From: Moniliella sp. 'wahieum' | Lineage: Eukaryota | NCBI GenBank assembly: GCA_003971905.1 | Contig: RSEE01000032.1 | Coordinates: forward strand, 248,001-312,000 | Direction: 5' to 3' | DNA length: 64,000 bases | Shown: piece after piece, positions 54,421 to 64,000 of the stretch | Position numbering within the stretch: the stretch's first letter is position 1 | Layout of the letters: every line of letters begins with the position of its first letter | The notes under the pieces: model-generated | The model's database searches: none | Seen by the model: the letters and a program-made list of their open reading frames with translations, nothing else | What the model was told of the DNA's origin: nothing | Made by a program: the position numbers and the translations under genes

Positions 54421-55286
54421 GGGGTGGATGCGGATAGTAAGCTGAGATGGTAGTGGTGGTGGTGGTGGTGGAAAAGGGTGGCAGCGGTGGGGGGTTGGTT
54501 TGGTAGCACTGGTTGAGTGGTGGAGCACATACCAAAGCGATGGCACCAATGCGATGGCCAAAGCAATGTGGCCCATCATGCATCGAGCGTTGGCCGACAC
54601 TCTATGCGACAGGTGCGTCCCAGCGCCGCACTTCGCCAGTGTCGGTAAAACGTAACGCCACGCAGTGACAGCAACCCTGCGGCGCGGCCATCGCAGCAGT
54701 TCGGCCAATTAAATGTGCAACCCGCCGGCGCACACCACGCGCCCCCTGCCTGTTCGGTGCGATGGAGCTACCCATAGCTCTTGAAACCAGTGTTACCTGT
54801 CACCTGTAGTCACTTCTCACATCTCGATCTCCCCTCCCCACCACCACACCTCGCGTCCGCGTCACAGGCCAGGCCTCCAGTGCCGGCCCGGCAGGTCCGG
54901 CTGCCCCAACCTAAATGGCCGCGGGCTGGGCTAGCACAGCTCAGAAAGCCATGTTGAAGCGGGGACAGAATAGTAGATCTCTTAATGACCCACGCACTTC
55001 TCACGGGAGGCAGGAACGATGACATTGAAAAGGCGGAGTCCATAATGTCTCTCAGGAGCACCCTCGTTTCCAGGGAGGGGTCCTGGCTGCAGCCTGCTAC
55101 AGCGAAGGGCAGGCAATCAACAAGGCCCTTGTCAACAACAGCAAAAGAAGAAAGCGAAAGCGGAAAGGAACAGTAAATAGATGCGCTGAGGAAGGTAGCA
55201 CGCATGCCGCAGTTATGGTCATACTCTTCCTGTGGGGCCATGTGCGAAGTAGCATACCTTCCTTGTCGTTTGGAACCAGAGGGCCA

Positions 55287-56034
55287 TCAAACAAGACCAT
55301 CGTATAGGCTCAAAGCTTGCACGATCGTCGGGTCTTGCTTAGAGCCGGCGACAAACTCTTCATAGCTGACTGTGGACATTCAACAAGACATTAGAACCCA
55401 TAATCTAGGACAAAGGTTGGGGGGGGGGTAGCATACTCTCAGCATTCTTGTCCCGATCCATCAATCGAAAGATCTTGTCAACTCGCTAAAAATGGTTAGA
55501 TCGGCCTATGCAAATGTATGGAATAGTAGCTTACCTTTTCGGGAGTATCTTCATCAGGAGGAAGCTTTACCATTGACCCAGTCATCTTGTAGATACTGCG
55601 GACGATGGCTGCGATCATAATGATAATTACATGTCAGAAGAGTTGTGGGGGAAATGGCAGAACATACTAAGCATTTCATCGTACGTGATGGTTCCATCGC
55701 CATCAATGTCGTACAGCTTGAACGCCCAAGTGAGCTTCTCATCAAGCCGCCCGCGGGAGGTGATGGAGAGTGCACAGATGAACTCCTTGAAGTCAATTGA
55801 GCCGTTTTTGTCGTCATCAAACACCTTGAAGACATGCGTGGAGAAGGACGAGGGGTCGCCAAATGGAAAGAACTGTTTGTAGATGCGAGAGAACTCAGCC
55901 TGGTCGAGCTGACCCGAAGGGCAGTCTTTGATGAACCCCTTGTACCACTGCTGCAGCTCCTTGCGGTCAAAGTAGGTGTTCTCGACCAAGTCGGAGAGCT
56001 GCTCGGGTGAAAGCTTGCTTTGGTTCTTGCCCAT
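55287..56034 (-). CDS. FRQ1: Frequenin / neuronal calcium sensor-1 homolog (3 introns)
   Basis: Myristoylation start [23 protein letters not shown] hands [12 protein letters not shown] and [12 protein letters not shown], end [16 protein letters not shown]. Confidence 0.96.
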
Positions 56035-56762
56035 GGTGGCGGTGGAAACGGTGGTGGGACAACTCAAACAGGGGTGTTGCGCTTGGGCGCATCTAGTACT
56101 ACCTACGTAGCAGGCTTGGCGCGACTGGATTGCACTACGCCAAGGAAAGCTGTTACGTCAGCGCCAAGAGCTCAAAGCTAGCACACAAGCGCTGAAATGT
56201 TGCACGCCCTGTCCTCATGCGCAGGCAGGTGCTTTAATATGTGCCCCGCAACTGTGAGTTAGCGAAATAAGGGGGATCTCTCGACACATAATACTTTGTA
56301 ACGAAGCCGGCTTTTTGGAACGTCCCCCTAGTACAGACAATTGCGTGAAATCAAGAATTGCTGTGTAGAGGGGTGTGGAATCACACCCCGTTCGGCTTCT
56401 GCGTAGCCACAGGTTATGTGTGTTTTGGTACACAGTGTGCCACACACACTGCGGCCCATCAGGAATGCCTTTTTATCTTTTCTACTGAAGTCTCTATATA
56501 TGGTGATATGGTGGGTGTAACGTTAACCCAGAACAGTACACTCAACCACAGCCATTCCAACGATAAAAATGATAGAAAAGTACGTCAAAAAGGAATGGTT
56601 GTGTAGACTAGTACTGGGGGTGAGCGAAAAGAAAAAGAAAAAATAGAGTATTAGAAAAGGGAAGAGAGGAGAAGAGGTGGGGTTAAAAAAGACGAAGAGT
56701 CTGAGAACCTTTTGACTCAGGAATGGAAAGCACCTTCAGGACTCATGTCGAACACTGAGCTG

Positions 56763-59700
56763 CTAAACTCCCCGCCGCCCCAGGCCTCCGGTTACAGCGC
56801 GCCAGAACGAGCGAGAGAGAGTAATGCCCCATCGGTCGAAGGTACGAGTAAAAAGTTCACAGACGACCAGGAGCGTGGCATAGCAAAGAATAAAGTTGAT
56901 GAGCATGGCTCCCCAGTATGGGATACCCGCGGCAAGCATCTTGAGTGATGCAGCAGCCCCAATGGACCAAAATACTACACCATGGAGCAAATAGAGGGAG
57001 AAAGCATTCCGTCCAAAAACGTTCCAAAATCGGAGTTGGAAGAAAATGCGGACTGGGGCGCTCAGGTCGCAGAGCAAGAAGAAGGAGATGACGAATACGG
57101 CGTCAGTAACCTTAGGCAAGTACCACAGTTGCGTCGAACCTGACCACTTGTTGGGGGCACCAGTGGCAAAGTTGGGGTGGATGCCCCATTCGTTCTTCGT
57201 ATTCACCACATTAGCATAGTCCAGCCAAGTGATAATGGCGCCGAGGAAGAAAGTGAACCAAGCAAGCATGACCTGCATGGCCCAACTTTTCACGATATTG
57301 ATAGCGCACATCTAGATCGGAAAGAAGAAGGCCAGCCAGGAAAAAGTAGTCGAATCGGTTGGCCCACCATGAGAAGATAATGCAGACCGTGTAGAACGGG
57401 TACCGTTTGCTGGGGGCCTTAATCTCGCGCGCAATCAAGGCGCAGAGCGCGCAGGTCCATGTGCACTGGATAATTACTGGGACAGTCCAGAGAATACCCG
57501 TAGCATAGTGGGAGATGAAGGGGGTGAGCGACGGTGACTGCATCCACCATAGAGAAAGCCACTCTTGGATGAATACGCCCACATGATCAAAGTCTTGATA
57601 GTACGACCAGATGGAGTAAGTGCGTGACGCCAGGCGAGAGGTCCAATAGAAGGCTTGCTGCAACGAGAGAAATCACAAGATCAGTATCACTATAAGTAAA
57701 CAAAGTTGAGAGGGATTCTGTCACGTACCACTTCAATGAGAAAGTAATTGATCATGATGGCTGCTGTGATGGTAACACCCAGACGTGGTACGCGAGTTTG
57801 GATGAGCTGGGCAAGGTGTTGCAAATTTCCACGGTGGAGGTATCGATTGCACACGATGCGGGCCGATAGGACAAAAAAGATGCCGACGTTTAGACCACCA
57901 TTGCATATGATGGGGCCCAAAATCTTGTAGATCCAGTACTCAAATCTGTAGTGCTGACCGTTCCAGTAGGTTGAGTGGTCATGCCGTACCAGAAAATAGA
58001 CAGAAGTGGTGGAGCGACACTAAGAAGCAGGCAAATCCACGGAGACCATCGAGATACTCGACCCGAGCGGCACCTGAGGACGTCGTACGACCCTCACCTT
58101 TGTTGACAAAAATTAGCGGCTTCATTCGTTCACGGATTCTTGCCTTTGGCTCCGGAGGCTCATATATCATCCCGTGATCCACTTGTTCCGGCACTGCGGC
58201 TGCAAGAGTATTTGCCAGCAATCCGTGAGCCATAGAGCGGCGGTCACCCTTAGCGGCTGGAGTCCAGTCAGCAATAGGAGTTACCCAAGCAATGGGCGCC
58301 TGAGAACCATCCTCTAAAATCACCGTAGGGGAGCCGCTCCATGTCTTATGGAGGGAGGCTGCCCTAGTCCATCCTCTCCTCCAAAAGAAGCAGCTGATGT
58401 GGCCGCAGTCATTGAACTGTAAAAGCCGCCACCCGAAACCGAGGGCATAGAGCGAGCGTGGAAGATGGAGACTGGAGTTTGAGTGCCATCCCATTCGTGG
58501 GTGTAGAAGTGCCGGAAGGGAACCCAGCAGGGGTAAGCATGCCCGACCTGTTGAGATCGGACGTTGAGAGCTGGATATGGGGCAAAACATACCCCGATAC
58601 CTTTGAAACGCCCGAGTAGATCGACAGAGAGTCTTGACCTGAGTAGCCCCATGCTTCTGCCGCCTTTTCATCCTCCTCGTCTGATTCATCCGAATCAACC
58701 AGCTCAAAGTCATCGTCTCCCTCCGGCACCAGTATAGCTGGATCCTCCCACTTGTGCATGGCCTCGTTAAACACTTGCTTGTCCACCTCGTCAGCTTCGC
58801 GGGCTGACCCGACTGAGATGACGGATGGAGGGGAAGTGTCGAAAGTGAGCCATCAATTCGAGTCTGATGATCGTGCTCAGCATTGTACCGTTCGTAGAAT
58901 GCAGCCCTTTTGTTGCGCGTGTTTCTAGTCCGTCGAATAGATGCGTGGATGGTGAGAAGGACAAAAATACCACCCGAAATGCTAGCTCCGTAAATAGAGT
59001 ATACTGGAACATGGCGCTAGGCTTCTTGGTGATTTGCTTGACTGTTGCGGACAGGTTAAAAGGTGTACTCTCTCGCAACGTAAAGTCGTCGGTGGAGCAG
59101 ACAGCTGAGCTTAAAGACGAGGCCGCAGTACAAGCTGAATTGAACTGGTCGAGACGCTCAGGCCGAGAGGAGTTGAAGAAAAGGCGGGCATAGATAACTT
59201 GCGCCGTGACCGCTTCGGAAAGAGGAGGGCCTTGGGAGCAGAAGGAACCGTTGGACCAATGCTTGTAAGAAAAGGGAGCTCCCATACTCGGACCTTGCAC
59301 GCCCTTGCCCGACCAGGTCTTAGCATTGGTGACGTTGGAGCCTGTATTGGTAAAAGAAACCGTTTCGGCATCCAGTCCATACGGTACTCGAGTCCATCAG
59401 TTGCCCCCCCATTCATACTTGACTGATTGTATATGTATGGGGTGACCGATTTTGAGCTTGAAGTGTAGGACACTTGGATGTTACCTTGGCCAGGATAGTT
59501 TGTGTTGAAGAAGGCGGTGCGGATCAACTCGGATTGATTCCAAGCCACCTGACGTCCAAGTTGGTTGCCAGCCATATACCGCCCCGGCGGGGGATTGATC
59601 ATGGTACGGAATGAGCCATAGCGCATGTCACGGCGGCGGGTCTGCAGCTGGCTTCCCCAACTGATGCGGTTGTTTGTATCAGCTGGTGACACATCGAGGA

Positions 59701-60046
59701 GGAGGCCAGAGTTATTGGCGCCGAGGCGGGTATTGTTGGCCAAAACACAGAGCGCCAAGTCGCAGAGAAATCATCCTCCACTCGTTGATGCGATTGCTAC
59801 CGATCCAAGCCTCCTGGCCAATGCCCGCATCGCCAGGCTCGTCTCGACCGTAACGGTCAGCATACGGGCCGGTTGGAAAACAATGTCGGTAGCAGCGGAA
59901 GACTCGTTGAAGTAGGTGATGACAGCATCGGTCCACAATGTGGTCGTGACGGGGTCTTGATAGCCGCATTCGCAAGCAGCGCGAGCCCCGCTTGTGCTGA
60001 TAGCCACAACGGCGCCCAGCACCCAGTAGACTAAAGCGATGAGCAT
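56763..60046 (-). CDS. Fusion of signal peptide + GH16-like (ConA-fold) domain + TM/linker + acyltransferase-3 (OafA-like) membrane domain
   Basis: Signal then ACECGYQDP; DMRYGSFR, EYRMDWMP, HWSNG..SQGPP, RLFFNSS (fungal GH16-like); RVEYLDGLRGFACFLVSLHHF, VGIFFVLS, ILWTVP, AFSLYLLHG (AT3); intron about 57659-57728. Confidence 0.8.
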
Positions 60047-61555
60047 AGCGGAGAAGTAGGGGTGGAGAAGACGTAAGAATGAACGTGAGAGAGGACAGGT
60101 CGGAACGACAGATATTGAGGAGTGTGCACAGCACTGTGACGATGGGATGTGGTGAGCTGCACCAGGCAGTAGATTGTTGTGTTGTGGGCGAGGACTGAGG
60201 GCAAAGCGAGAGAAGGTGTATGGGGGTGTGGTATAGAAAACCAGCCGGAACGATGTGCGCTTTTTTGGCAGCTCAGCAACTCGCACAGGTCTGGCGGGGC
60301 GGCAGTGGGAGCACTTGTTCCCGGCAGAGCCTGATCAAGAAGGCTCGAGGGCATTTCATACTAACCAACATGTTTCCGCAAAACCCATGATGACATCCTA
60401 CGTCGCATGGAGCCAGTGTGGCAATGTGGCGCCGTCGGGGGGGAGCGAAACGGCGAAACAGCGGTGGTGGCGTCCTCAGGCCTCAGAGAGGCCTTAGAAA
60501 ACAGTGGTGCAGCGTTCCCCCCGTGCTATGTTGTAGACGTGGCGCGAAGTATGCGTGACGCATGACGATCAGCTGTTGAAGCATGTGACTATCCGAGCGC
60601 CCCACCTGCTCGCACAACCGATTGACTCTCACTGCCCTAGTGCCATCTGAATAAGACACCGCGGCAACCACTGATATATTTCCCGCTTGAAACAGGCGCA
60701 CTTGCAGCTTGTGTAGAGCACATCACACGTGCTGTTCGCTTATGCGTCCCACCTTTAAGCTCCACGACTCTTTGCCTCAGCGACTCACCACATGTAATGA
60801 GCGAGCGTCCTGCTCGCACCGAAGGGTGCAATATCCATACGATTCTCTCTAACTGCCATCACATGCACCTTGGGGCCCATACACTGTTGTTTATGAGACC
60901 TCCCTCCCCCCTCATCGATCATCGATCATCCCCTTGGGTGACGTTGTACGACGTACATGTGGCTGGGAGATCCACCAGCATCAAAATCAATGTCACACTG
61001 TGCTTTCTCTCACTACCGCTGAGGGCGTTGGTGACACATGCACATGGGGCCAACAGTGCAACAGCGAAGGAATAAGAGAAGCGCATAATAGACACTGAAC
61101 GCATGACGTGCATGCCTTGTGCACATGTACCAGATATGCGGTACTGTATCCACGTTTCTCTGTTTCTCGCTCCTAATGTATTTGTCCGTGCAGAGCATCC
61201 ATGCACACATGGTCCAATGGGCTCATTATAGCGTTTCTAATAAGCTTGTGCGCGGTGTGGACACCATGCCTTTTTTATATAATAGCTCTGTTGACTGAGT
61301 ACGATAGCAAGCAAGGCGCAAAACATAGAAATAGGAGCAAAGTAAAATAGGGAAGCAAATGGAAGGAGACTCGGTCGGTCTTGTTGGAGAACAACTAGTG
61401 TATCTTTCACACGATCCGAGGGGAACGTATGCTATAGGTGCCAGAGGCGAAGGCGGCGAGCGTGGAACGAGCAGCGTGGGACGAGGCGTTACTTTACTAG
61501 TGGGCAGAGAGGGAGATGAGGGGGCGTCGAGGTCCGTGTCAGGCAGAAGGTTGGG

Positions 61556-63542
61556 CTAACACGTATCCAGAAGCCGGTTTTTGGGCCAGGAGTACATGGT
61601 GCGCGGGAAGACGGTGTGGTTGGGGTTGTAGTATATGTCAGGATGGTCCTGGATATACTTGGCGGTGGGATAATCGGGCGGATCACAGGATACACGCTCC
61701 TTTCCGGGTTCTTGATACACACGCACATAATCCACCTGCATCGTTCTGGCAAAGTAGATGACGAAGGAAAGGGCGGGAGGGAAGGGTCAGAATATGAAAA
61801 CAAGCATCTGGGGCGGATAGGCGCATACGCAGGAAATGTGATTTCATCAAAGTGGACCGGTTGGAAGCCCGATGAGAGACCAAGGTTGATGATAATGCTC
61901 ATGGGCTCAACAGGGATGAGTCGCTGGGAGATATTGATGGAAGGCTGGGGCGGTATAACGGCGCTGGGAGCGGTCCAGGACTTTTGGCCGTCAACGTACC
62001 AGGTGATGTAGCCTGTTGCATCGTTGTTAAAGTCGGGAACATACTCGAATCCAAACGTGACAAAGCGGGAACCCTCAGCGTCGATGTAAGCTTCGGCGGG
62101 GATGCGCTGGGTACCACTGACAGCCTCTTGATATACCGATCCTGTGTAACTGTTGCGGGTCGCCCCATTGAAGTGCTGGGCCGCGTCAAACGTCCAGTTG
62201 TCGACGGGTCATAGGTGCCGTCTGCAACGACTTTGGTGTCAGCACTTTATTTCTCTTCTTTGCAACGATAGAAGCGGGGAGGGGAACGAGACGCACCTGC
62301 AGACTCTGGGAAGCGTAGCCGATACCGTTTGTGTTCTGAGCCTCTACAATGTCAATTTCCGGAGCGGACCGGCCGACGGTAACATCCGGGCCGGGATGCT
62401 CCTCACCCGGACAAGTGCAAGCGCTGAAGCGCTGACCGGGGAGATAGGAAAGCTTATAATCGTACTGGTATGAGTAGGTACCCTGGGCATGGAGCACGGC
62501 GTGAGGCTCCGTTTTCTCTTTGTTGGTCTGGTTGGGTAGGGCACCATAGTCGCACGAGGTATAGCTGTAGGGCCAAGTGCCATCAGTGGATCCCAGGTAG
62601 CCCGGGCGGGCCAAATTGCCCATAGTCCAAAGACCTGGCCAGAAACCACGAGTTTCCTGGGTTCCGGGCAGTTTCACGGCCATTTCAATGTAGCCGCCTT
62701 GGAAACAGAATTTGTTCCAGGACTGGAGCATGCCGGATTGGAAGTTGAGATTGTGGGTGTCTTTTTGGGTCATGACAACGTTTAGGGCACCACCGGTCGT
62801 GTTGATGGCTTCGGGAGAGTACCATTCATAGTCGTTAGTAGCAGCATAGAAGATATCCTGTGCTTCCCAGAACGGATCGTCGCCCGGCCAAAAAGTCCGC
62901 CCCTCTTGCTCAAACTCGTCCGAGAAGACAAGGTTCATCTGCTGATTATTCGTTTGCGATGTCCAGGACTTGGCACTGTCCGGTGTATCGGGGTCGATGA
63001 GGGATCGCATGGGCAGGTCAGCGACTTGTCCCGAGCCGTTTGTCCCGCCCAAACCGTAGGAGCCAAGGACGTTGTGATCGTGCTTGCGCTCGACAGAGAG
63101 AATGGGGTAACCGGCAAAGAGCATGAGCAGGCCAAGAATGATGAGGGCCATGATAAGCAGATTGAAGAACCCACGGAAGTCCATAGTTCTGCGGTGCACG
63201 CGCTTGCCAGGGGGGTCGGGAGTGTGCAGGTCATCATCTGGCTCGACATCAAGAGAATCCCAGCCTGCCAGGGGACGTTGCGGGAGAGGAGAAAGGTCGG
63301 GAGAGGGAGTGTCGTATGATGTACCAGAGATCATTTTGTGGGTGGAAGACTGGAGACTAGCGGCATCGGACATGGCGGCGTAAGCAGGGCGAGCATGGTT
63401 GGCGCGTAAGCCAGGGCCCTGGCTTTGGGTCTGACTCGTGAAGGCACGGGTTTGGGTGGGAGAGACAGCGCGAGGTGCTGGCAGACGAGTTGGGTACTGC
63501 TCACGGCGCATAGCCCGGTTGGACCGCCCGTTGGGAGGCCAT
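61556..63542 (-). CDS. KRE6: Beta-1,6-glucan synthesis-associated protein KRE6/SKN1 (GH16), type II membrane protein
   Basis: TM LGLLMLFAGYPI, LIDPDTP, LVFSDEFEQEGRTFWPGDDPFWEA, SGMLQSWNKFCFQGG, GRSAPEIDIVEA, PMSIIINLGLS, MQVDYVRVYQ. Confidence 0.95.
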
Positions 63543-64000
63543 GGTGGTTGGTCTGAGGTGGTGGAGAGAACGAAAAAGGTGGTAGTGACAAGGGGAGTAC
63601 GCAGGCGCCGGGTAGATGATTTGCAGAATATGCCAGCGATGCCGGGGCCGACGAGGAAGGAATGACTGGTACGACACGGAAGCCAAAGGTGGGGGCGTAG
63701 GATCTAGTGACTGGAGACTATCGTCGCATGCGATCATCACAGCCCCAGAGGGGTGCAGTGAATAAAGCTGTGGGAGGAATGAGGCCTAGGCGCAGTACTC
63801 TGTTAATGAGGCCGAGGGCTGAAACCAGCGTTGGAAGGTGGAAGGTGTGATATTGAATAGCCTGAGGCCCTGAGGTCCGAGGGTTGGGGGCGTGAGGACC
63901 ACTCAGCTTGAGTGCTCAGCCTGAGTACTGGGTCTCAACGTTCAACGTACTCAGCCGCTCATCGCCACCTTCGATCTGGCAATCGGGGGGGGGGGGGGCG

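Overview
Gene-dense eukaryotic DNA with short GT-AG introns and CTRAC/CTAAY branch points. It is fungal, most likely a basidiomycete; Ustilaginomycotina-like is my inference. Almost every gene, including essential ones (eIF4A, RPL32, RPL16, cytochrome P450 reductase), is split by single-base frameshifts. This points to an unpolished long-read consensus rather than mass pseudogenisation, so CDS coordinates are gene spans reconstructed across frames. Genes in order: hypothetical protein, thioredoxin reductase, eIF4A, intron-containing tRNA-Val(CAC), secreted alpha/beta hydrolase, a 5'-truncated CRE-clade (RT + RLE) non-LTR retrotransposon plus an older relic, intron-containing tRNA-Arg(TCG), ORM1, divergent RPL32/RPL16, metallo-beta-lactamase, a head-to-head pair of Zn alcohol dehydrogenases, makorin-like RING/CCCH protein, double CRAL-TRIO protein, CPR, SQR, Spo71-like protein, GT32 mannosyltransferase, Dsn1/Mis13, chitin synthase, frequenin, a GH16-like/acyltransferase-3 fusion and KRE6/SKN1. 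The most interesting items are the GH16-like (apparently non-catalytic)/AT3 fusion within a cell-wall gene neighbourhood, dense intergenic arrays of CTNAG, ATCGAT and AACGTT palindromes, and the CRE element bounded by a 10-bp direct repeat at a (TA)n site.
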